This document shows, piece by piece, positions 7,042 through 15,548 of a DNA stretch of 64,000 nt; within the stretch, counting starts at the first letter, position 1; every line of letters starts with the position of its first letter. The DNA comes from an uncultured virus (IMG/VR IMGVR_UViG_3300029258_003476) (taxonomy: Duplodnaviria; Heunggongvirae; Uroviricota; Caudoviricetes). Location of the stretch: positions 1 to 64,000 of the IMG/VR virus record IMGVR_UViG_3300029258_003476; one strand, given 5' to 3'. The notes beneath the pieces were generated by a model. That model searched no databases and had not been told where the DNA came from. It saw nothing but the letters and a program-made list of their open reading frames with translations. A program made the translations under genes and the position numbers.

Positions 7042-8560
7042 CGTCTTCTTCCTTCGTCAGCTCGAGCTTCTTGACCGCATCGAGGTTCATCAGGCAGGAG
7101 CACAGAAGCTCGCCATCCTCGTACCTGAGCGCGGCGGTCAACCTCTCGCCCTTGGCCGTCAGCCCTTGGCTGCCGTAGAAGATCTTCATGGGCATGTACC
7201 CGCGCCCGCACAGGTCGGGCACCCATATCTCGTCGCCCTCTTTCAGTTCCTCGCCCTCTTTGACGCTTTGGAGCTCTCCTTCTCCCTTCGGCCAGAAGAC
7301 AGGTACGCCGTTCCTCTCCGTCACCATGAACCCGATCTTGTGTTCGCTTTCGCTCCTCGGAATGACGTGCAGAGCGCCGGAGTCCATGATGGGCTTGCCG
7401 ATGTACTTGGGCTTGCCGGCGACGTAGCGAGTCCCGTCCCCGAGCTTCTTGACGTGCTCGCACGGCATGTCATCGCCGCTACGCTGGCACAGCGGGCACC
7501 AAGGTGCCCCCACGCTACAGCCCATGGACACGCCGCCCTCGAGCACCCGCTTGAGGTTGTCCTTGTGCACGACCACCTTGTCGAGAGGGATGGAGCCGAC
7601 AGTCCGGCCGAACACAGGAAACTCGTCGCCGTTCTTGTTCGGCCCTTCCGTGATACCCAACACAGTGGAGACGGGTGTCTTGCCCGGGGCGTACTTGAAG
7701 CGGTCCTCCACCTCCTCCGGCTCCTCCGGCTCCTCCATGAACTGCCCCAGGTACTCGGTGGCGAACTTCTTCGGCATCCCGTTCGTCGTCTCGTTGCGCA
7801 GCACGTCGCGCAGCCACTTCTCCGACTTGACGCACTCCCTGCACCCGGCGTGGTCTTGAAGGAAGTCGATGGGCTGCCTGCCGTGCTTCGGGCAGTCGAC
7901 CATCGTGGGCCCGGTCTTGGCGTAGAACTCACGACGCGTCTGCGCGGCCTCCTTCATGAGCGTGTGCTGCCGGAGCAGGCGGTCGACGCGCATGAGCATC
8001 TTCTCGCTCAGGATCTTGCGCAGGGTGCGCTCGAGCCAGTCGGCCTCTTCTATGACGGCGATCTCGGCCATGTCCGAGTACGGGCGCCCGAAGATGCCGG
8101 CGTCGGGGATACCCAGACCGGCGAAGATCTGCTTGCGCAGGTAGGCGATGTCCCGGTCGAAGTCGGACTGGAAGAGGCCGCTGTTCTCCATCCTGCGCAT
8201 CTCCGCGTCGAGGCCGGCGAGGATGGGGGTGTCTTCCCCGTCCATGAACTGCTTGGCCGCATCTGCCTCGACCTTTCGCAGCCAAGCCTCATCCTGCTCG
8301 AGTCCGTCGAGCTCCTCCTTGCGCATGAACATGCGGTTCGTGATCTCGTGCAAGGAATCGTCCTTTTCTTGCACGGGCGCGCCCAGGTAGATCAGGTCGC
8401 CCGCTGTCTTTTGCAGCTCGGGGCCGACCAGGTCGCCGTTGAGAACTTCTCGAAGGAAGATGAACGGGCCCTCGATGCGGGTCACCTGGAACTGCGCTCC
8501 GGAGCTCATCTGGAGCTTGTCGCCGGCACGTAGGCCGGAGCTGTTCGTTTCATCTGTCAT
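7034..8560 (-). CDS. mosaic protein with portal-like, terminase-like and prohead-protease-like motif fragments
   Basis: Start MTDETN at 8560 with GGAGG; DIAYLRKQIFAGLGIP, KKFATEYLGQF, NKNGDEFP...VSMGC...CPLC...CEH. Confidence 0.6.
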   Translation of the reverse strand: MTDETNSSGLRAGDKLQMSSGAQFQVTRIEGPFIFLREVLNGDLVGPELQKTAGDLIYLGAPVQEKDDSLHEITNRMFMRKEELDGLEQDEAWLRKVEADAAKQFMDGEDTPILAGLDAEMRRMENSGLFQSDFDRDIAYLRKQIFAGLGIPDAGIFGRPYSDMAEIAVIEEADWLERTLRKILSEKMLMRVDRLLRQHTLMKEAAQTRREFYAKTGPTMVDCPKHGRQPIDFLQDHAGCRECVKSEKWLRDVLRNETTNGMPKKFATEYLGQFMEEPEEPEEVEDRFKYAPGKTPVSTVLGITEGPNKNGDEFPVFGRTVGSIPLDKVVVHKDNLKRVLEGGVSMGCSVGAPWCPLCQRSGDDMPCEHVKKLGDGTRYVAGKPKYIGKPIMDSGALHVIPRSESEHKIGFMVTERNGVPVFWPKGEGELQSVKEGEELKEGDEIWVPDLCGRGYMPMKIFYGSQGLTAKGERLTAALRYEDGELLCSCLMNLDAVKKLELTKEEDDG

Positions 8561-8876
8561 CTTTTGCCTCCTTCGGCTTCTCCACAGTACCTGTGGTATC
8601 GAGAAGCCACTTGGCGTACTTGTCCCCGCATGACGCCTTGTACAGGTTTTCAGCTCCATTCGGATGAAGAGCACATTCCCAGAGGGTGCCGAGAGGCGTC
8701 TCGATGACCAGCTTGATCTCGTTCTGTTCTGCTGCCCCGACCTCTCGCCCGTGCCCGTCCTTGAGGGAGACGTGGTGTGACCAATGCCGCACTCCAACGA
8801 CTTTCACTTTCCCCTTTTCGAGCCACTTGTTGATCTTGGCGGTCAGGTCCATGGACTGTGCTTCGGTTAGAGCCAT
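8550..8876 (-). CDS. hypothetical protein
   Basis: AAGGAGG RBS; first gene of the leftward operon. Confidence 0.7.
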   Translation of the reverse strand: MALTEAQSMDLTAKINKWLEKGKVKVVGVRHWSHHVSLKDGHGREVGAAEQNEIKLVIETPLGTLWECALHPNGAENLYKASCGDKYAKWLLDTTGTVEKPKEAKDDR

Positions 8877-8958
8877 CTTTTTGCCTCCTTTGGCAGTAGT
8901 AGCAGAAGTAAGAAGAAGTCGGTAGATGCAAAGTAGCCGTCCGTGCTAGCCTTGCACC

Positions 8959-10638
8959 ATGGAGTCGCTAGGAAAAAGGGCGCTGGATGTGGCCTTCAAG
9001 GAGCTTGGGGTGGCGGAGGATCCGCCGCGCTCGAACACTGGGCCGCGGATCCGTGAGTACCTCGAGCCGTGTGTGCGGGGCGACCGCAACGTGAAGCTCG
9101 GGCTCAAGGCCTCGAACTGGTGCTTCACAGGAGACACCGAGATTCTGACGGAAGAGGGGTGGATGCGTTTGGATGACGTGTCCGAAGACGTTCAGGTAGC
9201 GCAGGTACATCCAAGGTCGATGCGCATCTCCCTCACCAGGACGGTCGCGGTCATCCACAAGGCGCACAAGGGCGCTCTGGCGGTCATGAGTCGGCGATCT
9301 CTGCGTTTGGTGTCCGACCCGGAGCATAGGTACTTCGGCAAGTGGTGGGTGAGCGCTAGGAGTGGAAGAAAGGACGTACCGGAGGTGGAGCTGCGCCCCG
9401 TAGCAGACCTGACGGGTGCAGCAACGAAGCTGGTCGTTCCGCCCAGCCGCGGTCACTTCGAGTACGAAAGTGGGTGGAGCAGGCGTGACTTGAAGCTGTT
9501 GGGAGCGTTCTTGGCAGACGGCAGCATCGTCAACGGGAAGTTGCAGTTTCAGGTCAGCAGGGCGGACAAGATAGCGATGTTGCACGAGCTGGAACCTGAC
9601 CGAGTCTGGGAAGCTCCCATGCCGTACGGGCCTAGGTCGAAGGAGGCTCTGACCAGTTTCTTCTTCGAGATGCCGTCGGAGTTTGCGGAGGCGTTCGATA
9701 AGTACAAAGTGCTGTCCCCCCGATTCATGTGGAACCTTCACAGGGAGCAGGCTGCTCTCGTGCTCGACACATGGGCGTCCTATGACGGCAGTGCTCGAGG
9801 CGGGTCCATTCGGCTGTCGCAGGCGTCCAAGGACAGGATCGACACGGCCCAGATGCTGGCCGTACTGGCTGGGTATTCCGGTCAGACACAGAAGCCGAAA
9901 CAGCTCGGTGAGTTCGGTTCGACCATGCACTTTCTGACGTACGTCAAAGGCCCGCGTAACACGGAGATCCTCGACAAGAACGTCCGCTTGACCGAAGAGC
10001 AAGAAGTAGACTTGTACTGCGTTCAGGTCCCCAGCGGGCTGATCATCGTCCGCCCTTCTGGGTACGGTAGGGCGCTGGTGGTAGGCAACTGCATGGCGTT
10101 CTCGAGCTGGTGCATGACCGAGGCCCTCGAGGACGGCGAGGTCCCCCCTCACGGCTACCGTGCGGGGGTCGTCGAGGCTGTGGCTGACGTGCGCAGCCCG
10201 CACGCCAAGTTCTCGGGCGTTTGGCACCCGGTCGAGACGGTAAGAAAGAAGCTCTGGACGCCGTTCGAAGGAGACCTGGCCATCTGGGACCGGTCGACCA
10301 CAGATCCGAACACGTCTTGGTGGCGGCACGTGAACCGGGTCGTGAAGTACGACGCCGGTGTCGGCGAGTTCGACACCATCGGCGGCAACGAACGGGACCA
10401 GGTGCGGGTCGCCGCACACCACGTGTCCGAGATCAAGCTGCTCGGCTTCATCGCCTACCCGCAGCCCGAGGACAAGCCCGAGCCCAAGCAGATCGACGCG
10501 CTGACGCACGCCAACCTGCTCGGACTCGTGGCCCGTACCATCGACGGAATGTTGCGCGACTCGCACACCGAGATGATGGAGTCGCACCACATGGACGACG
10601 ACGACGACGACGACTACGACGACGACTACGACGACTAG
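8959..10638 (+). CDS. CHAP-like peptidoglycan amidase precursor interrupted by an intein
   Basis: E.GVAEDPPRSNTGPRIREYL; spliced NW-CMAFSSW; HVNRV, FDTIGGNE; Asp-rich tail. Confidence 0.75.
   Translation: MESLGKRALDVAFKELGVAEDPPRSNTGPRIREYLEPCVRGDRNVKLGLKASNWCFTGDTEILTEEGWMRLDDVSEDVQVAQVHPRSMRISLTRTVAVIHKAHKGALAVMSRRSLRLVSDPEHRYFGKWWVSARSGRKDVPEVELRPVADLTGAATKLVVPPSRGHFEYESGWSRRDLKLLGAFLADGSIVNGKLQFQVSRADKIAMLHELEPDRVWEAPMPYGPRSKEALTSFFFEMPSEFAEAFDKYKVLSPRFMWNLHREQAALVLDTWASYDGSARGGSIRLSQASKDRIDTAQMLAVLAGYSGQTQKPKQLGEFGSTMHFLTYVKGPRNTEILDKNVRLTEEQEVDLYCVQVPSGLIIVRPSGYGRALVVGNCMAFSSWCMTEALEDGEVPPHGYRAGVVEAVADVRSPHAKFSGVWHPVETVRKKLWTPFEGDLAIWDRSTTDPNTSWWRHVNRVVKYDAGVGEFDTIGGNERDQVRVAAHHVSEIKLLGFIAYPQPEDKPEPKQIDALTHANLLGLVARTIDGMLRDSHTEMMESHHMDDDDDDDYDDDYDD
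9121..10089 (+). mobile_element. intein with LAGLIDADG homing endonuclease (323 aa)
   Basis: N-terminal CFTGDTEILTEEGW; DPEH block B; LGAFLADGS and TWASYDGS; C-terminal LYCVQVP...VVGN followed by Cys. Confidence 0.9.
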
Positions 10639-10640
10639 CC

Positions 10641-11900
10641 CTACCTCTGAGTCGCCCTCTTGATGATGTCGCTGAACTTCCTGACGTCCGGCGACTCCAT
10701 CTTCGGATCCCTGATCACTGCGGTCAGGGCGTTCTCGAGCTCGGTGATGCGCTTCGAGCGCGCCTCGTTGCTCTCCCGAAGTTGCCTGATCGTCTCGATG
10801 TTGTTGGACAGCTCTGTTGCGTTGGCGTTGAGGGACTCGTGGAGCTTCTCGATGCGCCCGTCCATCTCTGTGACGGTCGTCTGCAACTTCGTGTTCTTCT
10901 CCTTGAGCTTGCCGATACCCCTGCGGATCCTTGAGAACGCCTGCTCAACGGACTCTTCCTCGTCGGGAAGCGCGAGCTGGGACTGCACTCTCATGAGGTG
11001 GGCCTCGAGCTCGTTGCGGATGACGTCGACGACCGGCGTGAGCCTCAAGAGGCCCGTGCCGGTACCGCCAAGCGAGTGGTACACCTCCTCCAGTGTGCCG
11101 GCGATGCGCTCGTAGGCTTCCACGGCGCTCTCATCCGGCCTGCTCTTCCCGATGGCGTCGCCAATGGACACCAGTTGCGACATGAGCTTGCCGCTTGCCA
11201 CCTTCTGGTTCTCGAGGTCTTGCACGACTCGTGCAGCGGCCTTGTCGACGAACTCGTCCCTGTGGGCCCCCAGGGTTGCGCGCGTGCGCCTCAGCACGTC
11301 GTGGTTCCATGAGTCGGTGTTCGGGTCCACCTCGATTGGCCTCTTCGCGAGCTCGTTGGCCGCCTCCATCGGGCCCTTGAGGTACTTCTCCAGCAGCCTG
11401 AAGTTGCCGTCGAGGTGGTCGCATGGAACGATGCCGCAGTGCTTGACCAGCGTTCGGACCTCGTAGTTGAGCGCTTCGATGTGCCCGTTGAGCAGTTGCG
11501 ACAGTCCGGCGGCGCTGGTGACTGGGAGCTCTTGAGGCTCCTTGCCGACGTGCTTGAGCCCGTTGGTGATCGAGATGAGCGAGTCCTCCAGGGCCCCAAC
11601 GAGCTTCTCATGCGTCTCCCTGCCCGACATCTTCTTGAGCTCCTCGATCTTCTCGACGAGCTGCCTCTCGTTGGAGTTCGGTTGGAGCCCAGCTGCGACG
11701 TTGACACGCTGGATGGCGGCGGAGAGCGTCGTGTGCATGGCTTGGTAGAGCCGAACGTGGTCTTTGAGGAGGTCCACTTGCTCAACGAGCTCATCGACCC
11801 GTGCGAGCTTTGCCCGCACGTACGCCCCGGTGACATCGACTTCGATGAAGTCCTTGTCGCCTTTGAGGGCCTCGAAGCCCTCTTTCGTTTTCTCTGTCAC
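10641..11900 (-). CDS. long coiled-coil protein
   Basis: GTG start with GGAGG, 11 nt after the Cas7-like stop; heptad-rich. Confidence 0.75.
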   Translation of the reverse strand: MTEKTKEGFEALKGDKDFIEVDVTGAYVRAKLARVDELVEQVDLLKDHVRLYQAMHTTLSAAIQRVNVAAGLQPNSNERQLVEKIEELKKMSGRETHEKLVGALEDSLISITNGLKHVGKEPQELPVTSAAGLSQLLNGHIEALNYEVRTLVKHCGIVPCDHLDGNFRLLEKYLKGPMEAANELAKRPIEVDPNTDSWNHDVLRRTRATLGAHRDEFVDKAAARVVQDLENQKVASGKLMSQLVSIGDAIGKSRPDESAVEAYERIAGTLEEVYHSLGGTGTGLLRLTPVVDVIRNELEAHLMRVQSQLALPDEEESVEQAFSRIRRGIGKLKEKNTKLQTTVTEMDGRIEKLHESLNANATELSNNIETIRQLRESNEARSKRITELENALTAVIRDPKMESPDVRKFSDIIKRATQR

Positions 11901-11911
11901 TGCTTCCTCCT

Positions 11912-12805
11912 TCAGCTGACGCGGCCAGCAGTCTGCGTGTCATTCGAGGTGATGACGTCCTTGCGGGCGACCTTGCGTGCGGCCCTGCCCCTCGCAGGTG
12001 CCTTCGTAGTCTTCTTGGCCGCCGTCTTCTTCTCCTTGGGTTCTTTGCCGGCGACGCCGTCCTGCACCTTCTCGACGTTGACGAGGCGGAACTTGCCCTC
12101 GCCGATGGAGCGGTCGGCCCACAGCCCATTCTCCTGGGCCAGGGTGAGGATGCGGACGAGCTCCTCCTCCTTGATGTGGCGCGTGTCGGCGGGGTGCGTG
12201 GGGGCGACCCACCAGTCGAACGTGCAGTACACGTCTGTGAGGTAGTCGGTCTTCTTGATCGCGGTCCTCGGGCCCTGCATGGTCATGACCTGGATCGCCC
12301 GCTCCTCGCAGCCGTCCGGCTCGGTCACGTACATGCGGCCGGCAGTGGTGATGCGGTAGAACAGAAGCTGGTTGCCGTGGTCCAGCCCCTCGGGCTTGAT
12401 CTCGGTGCCGTGCTTGAGGTGTTCGGTCTTCGGGCGGTCCTGCAGGATCCTGTGCACCGAGACCGTCTCTTTGATGCACGCCTTCGGGCAGCGGGCGAAC
12501 ATGTACATCTGGCCCTCGGAGTTCCTGGGAAAGCCGATCCAGGAGCGCTCCTCCTTCTCCTGCCCCTCGATGGCCTCGAGGTTCTCTTCGTCCTGCTGCT
12601 CGGTGAGCTCGTCACGCTCTTTCACCTTCGTCTTGAGCTCGGCGTAGCTCTTCTTCGGCTTCTTCGCCTGCTGGTCGCCGGCGATGACGAGGGGGTTCAG
12701 GGGGTGGCCGCCGATGATGCGGTTCGGCGCCTCGACGACGATCGTGATGCGGTAGACGTCGTAGAACTGCTTGGGGCTGGTGTCGTACTTGTCGAGTAGG
12801 TTCAT
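11912..12805 (-). CDS. stand-alone Cas7/RAMP-like protein (Vipr-like) with a basic C-terminal tail
   Basis: YRITIVV..IIGGHP; GFPRNSEGQMY...PKACIKET; ERAIQVMTMQGPRTAIKKTD; G-rich loop GLWADRSIGEGKF; AAGGAG RBS. Confidence 0.75.
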   Translation of the reverse strand: MNLLDKYDTSPKQFYDVYRITIVVEAPNRIIGGHPLNPLVIAGDQQAKKPKKSYAELKTKVKERDELTEQQDEENLEAIEGQEKEERSWIGFPRNSEGQMYMFARCPKACIKETVSVHRILQDRPKTEHLKHGTEIKPEGLDHGNQLLFYRITTAGRMYVTEPDGCEERAIQVMTMQGPRTAIKKTDYLTDVYCTFDWWVAPTHPADTRHIKEEELVRILTLAQENGLWADRSIGEGKFRLVNVEKVQDGVAGKEPKEKKTAAKKTTKAPARGRAARKVARKDVITSNDTQTAGRVS

Positions 12806-12874
12806 CTTCTATCTCCTTCAGGTAGTGATTGGTTCAAGGAAGAAGTAAGGAAGCTGCTTGGACAGGCTAGGCCT

Positions 12875-13914
12875 GTCGCCAGGGTTGCCGTGACCAGGCG
12901 CGTCGATCGGCAAGGGGAGGTGTGGCAAGTCACTGGCACCGGTTCAGGCGGGTAGGTCGATTGGTTTGGTCAGAAGTGGTGAGGCATGTCGCACGGGTGG
13001 GATGGAGCGGGCACGGTTCGTCGGGCGGCAAGGTGAGGTGCGAGAAGGCACGTCGGCGGGCACGAGAAGGTCCGGCGCAGTGCGTCGACCGAGTGGGCAT
13101 GACTTGGCTGATCGATAGGGACGGCCCGACCAGGCTCGTCGGACGAGAAGGAATGGCGCGGTATGTCGTACGGCATGATGTGGGCTTGGCGGGATTGGGG
13201 TGAATAGTCGACCAGTTCGGATGAATCAGGCACGTCGAAGAGTCCGGTAAGGCATGGCCCGTCGTGTGTCCTGGTCTGCCTTGGCATGTCCTGCGATGGG
13301 GCGTGCATCGGTTCGTCGCAAAGCTGGGCGTGGTTCGGTTCGTCGACCGGAGTGATTCGTTGAGGAACGGATTGTCGATCGTGTCTGGTCGGGACCGGTT
13401 TGGGCCGTCGCATGAACCTGAACTGGGAAGGCATGTCGACTGGTCCGGCGAGGTAAGGTACGTCGGATGGGCCGGATGAGTGGGGCACAGCTCGTCGCGT
13501 GAGTCGTAAGACACGAACTGGTGAGGCATGGGTTGTCGAGCGGGCCGGTACGACTTTAGCACGGAACGTCGAATGGCCAAGCAAGGTACGGTTTGTCGCA
13601 TGGGAAGGCTGGGAACGGATCGATGGTGGTCAGTCGCGTGGCGTGGTGCGGGTCGGATCGGATGGTTCAGCCCTGGCCAGTCGAAGGATCGGGAGTGGTG
13701 GGGCCTGTCGGCTGGGACGGGTCGGAAGGGTTTGGTGAGTCGCCTGGGCTGGCATGTGCGGGTCCGGAGTGTCAGACGGTTTGGCGTGGTCAGTCCCCTA
13801 GTTCGATACGGAGTGTCGGACGGGTGGACCGGGAGTGGCCCGTCGGATGGACTGGAGAGGAGTGGGCGGGTTCGGAGTGTCGGTAGGGTCGGTGCGCCGC
13901 AGCGAGGCATGTCA
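12875..13914. repeat. non-CRISPR periodic array of about 35 units GTCG-NNN-(GGNNN)n; putative guide-RNA array
   Basis: Anchors at 12875, 12902, 12929, 12956, 12988, 13020, 13052, 13084, 13111, 13138, 13165, 13207, 13234, 13261, 13288, 13315, 13342, 13374 and onward to 13842, 13879, 13911; spacings mostly 27 or 32, also 22, 37, 42, 47. Confidence 0.9.
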
Positions 13915-14220
13915 AAAGGGCGGCTCCTCGTCACCGTCTACCACAGGCAGGTCCCGGAGGTAGTCATCGAGCTCGAGGGGCCATGGTGGCAATCCGCTAC
14001 CGCATCGGCCGCTGCCGTGGCGGTGCGGGAAAGGGTAAGCATCACAGCCGCAGACTCCGTACTTGTCGAACTGCACGGTCCTCATCCACTTGCAGAGAGG
14101 GCGGCCCGGTCGGCACTCCGGCATGTGCACGACCACGGTCCTGTTCACCACGTAGCACCTCCCGCCGCCTGCCTCGAGCTCGCGGGTGGTTCGCGCCCTC
14201 TTGTGAACGAGCTTACTCAT
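13912..14220 (-). CDS. Cys/His-rich hypothetical protein
   Basis: CGCDAYPFPHRHGSGRC; its stop coincides with the right edge of the array. Confidence 0.6.
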   Translation of the reverse strand: MSKLVHKRARTTRELEAGGGRCYVVNRTVVVHMPECRPGRPLCKWMRTVQFDKYGVCGCDAYPFPHRHGSGRCGSGLPPWPLELDDYLRDLPVVDGDEEPPF

Positions 14221-14467
14221 TCTTCGTTGCGAGGTTCATCTTGCTGATTGGGATGTTGAGGTACTCACGTACCTTCTCCGATTCCTCGTGCGAAAGGGCC
14301 CGCGGAACGCCCTCGCACAGGTGCTTGCCGATGGCGTAGTGCCTGTCGACGTCGTTCCTCAACAGCCGTCCGCATCGCGGGCAATAGTACATCGGACGGC
14401 TGTCCTTGCGGGCAGCGTTGTACGCCATCCGAAGGTGATTCCTCGGATACACGGACAGGTTGAGCAT
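14213..14467 (-). CDS. small Zn-finger protein
   Basis: AAGGAGG RBS; CPRC...H...H. Confidence 0.65.
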   Translation of the reverse strand: MLNLSVYPRNHLRMAYNAARKDSRPMYYCPRCGRLLRNDVDRHYAIGKHLCEGVPRALSHEESEKVREYLNIPISKMNLATKNE

Positions 14468-14499
14468 GGTTCCTCCTTTCGTGAGGTAGGGGCTGAGAG

Positions 14500-14517
14500 C
14501 GCTGCTCTTATGCCCCC
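14500..14517 (-). promoter_or_regulatory. putative phage-specific promoter motif, copy 1
   Basis: GGGGGCATAAGAGCAGCG on the minus strand, identical at 62100-62117. Confidence 0.55.
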
Positions 14518-14552
14518 AGTCTTCTTCTTTTTGCGCAGAAACAGAACAGAGG

Positions 14553-14581
14553 TTGACCGGACGGGCAAGACGACCTACGCT
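14553..14581 (+). promoter_or_regulatory. sigma70-like promoter
   Basis: TTGACC-N17-TACGCT. Confidence 0.55.
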
Positions 14582-14641
14582 GCGCTCAATCCAACCGTAC
14601 CGAAGGCCTTCTCAGGAAGGCTTTTTGCGTAGGAGAGCACC

Positions 14642-15514
14642 ATGTTGAGCAAGTTCGCTGAGATGATCTTCACTCTTCTTCTGGCTTTCGGTGGCGAGAA
14701 GTACGCAGGCAACAGTCCGTACAGCTTCGAGATCGCTCAGGGCTGTGGGACGAACCAGGGCTCGCCGGCGTGCGCGCTCACGCCTCAATGCGAGGTCAAG
14801 GCTTGGAGGTGTGCGCCGCCGCGCTGGTCTCCGGCCCGGGAGGCTTGGGTCCTTCCTGAGAGCAGCGCGAAGGCCAAGGAGCGGTACCACAAGATCGCCG
14901 AGTCGATCGCCAGGGTGTCGTTCTGGCATGCCAGGTGCCGGGATGAATGGGGAACCGTGAGGGAGGACTGCACGCCCAGCGGCTGGCCCGAGGGGCCCGA
15001 AAGCCTGGCGCGCGTCGCGGCCACAACAGCCTTGTGGGAGAGCGGCCTGCGGGAGGACATCATGTTCGGGCACGCCCCGATGGGCCGCGGCGCCATGGGG
15101 GAGACGTGCCTCGCCCAGATCATGCCCAACCAGATCCGTCAGTTCGCCTCGTGGATACCCCAGGATGAGCTCGACACCTACGACAAGCTGCCGCTCGGCA
15201 AGGAGCGGGCCGAGTGGGACGAGAAGTGGGCGCAGCGGATGCTCGGCGACTCCCCACAAGAACTCGATCGGTGCTTCGACGTCGCGCTGCGCGCACTCGC
15301 TCGGGCCCGAGGGGCCTGCGTCGGTCGACAGGGCGGCGGATGGGCCTACAAGATGTGGGCGATGTACGGCACGGGCAACCGCTGCTCGAGCTTCGGCATC
15401 CACGACGACTTCGCCGCCAAGCGCGCCAGCACCTATCACCGGATGAAGAGCTACAAGCCCTCCCCTGGCGCCGCCCCGCAGACCCCCGTTCCGGAGAAAA
15501 CCGCTTCAAACTAG
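14642..15514 (+). CDS. lysozyme-like or lytic transglycosylase with an N-terminal signal or anchor
   Basis: Hydrophobic N-terminus; TALWESG...GETCLAQI pattern. Confidence 0.6.
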   Translation: MLSKFAEMIFTLLLAFGGEKYAGNSPYSFEIAQGCGTNQGSPACALTPQCEVKAWRCAPPRWSPAREAWVLPESSAKAKERYHKIAESIARVSFWHARCRDEWGTVREDCTPSGWPEGPESLARVAATTALWESGLREDIMFGHAPMGRGAMGETCLAQIMPNQIRQFASWIPQDELDTYDKLPLGKERAEWDEKWAQRMLGDSPQELDRCFDVALRALARARGACVGRQGGGWAYKMWAMYGTGNRCSSFGIHDDFAAKRASTYHRMKSYKPSPGAAPQTPVPEKTASN

Positions 15515-15548
15515 GAGTTAGAGAAAGGGCGGCCGGGGCCGCCCGCGC

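Noticed and set aside
12838..12853. Purine-rich GAAGTA(A/G) motif, also near 8905, 18095 (minus) and 49961, as a promoter for the array
   Set aside because: Short and low in complexity; cannot be separated from chance by eye
12875..13914. Canonical CRISPR array or simple tandem repeat
   Set aside because: The only constant elements are a 4-nt anchor and phased GG; there is no 23-50 nt repeat and units are not copies of each other
12922..13934. Several overlapping ORFs on both strands across the array (for example 12930-13934 on -, 13528-14247 on +)
   Set aside because: Arg/Pro/Gly/Trp-rich translations without RBS; the 5-nt period and 7+5n spacing do not fit codon structure
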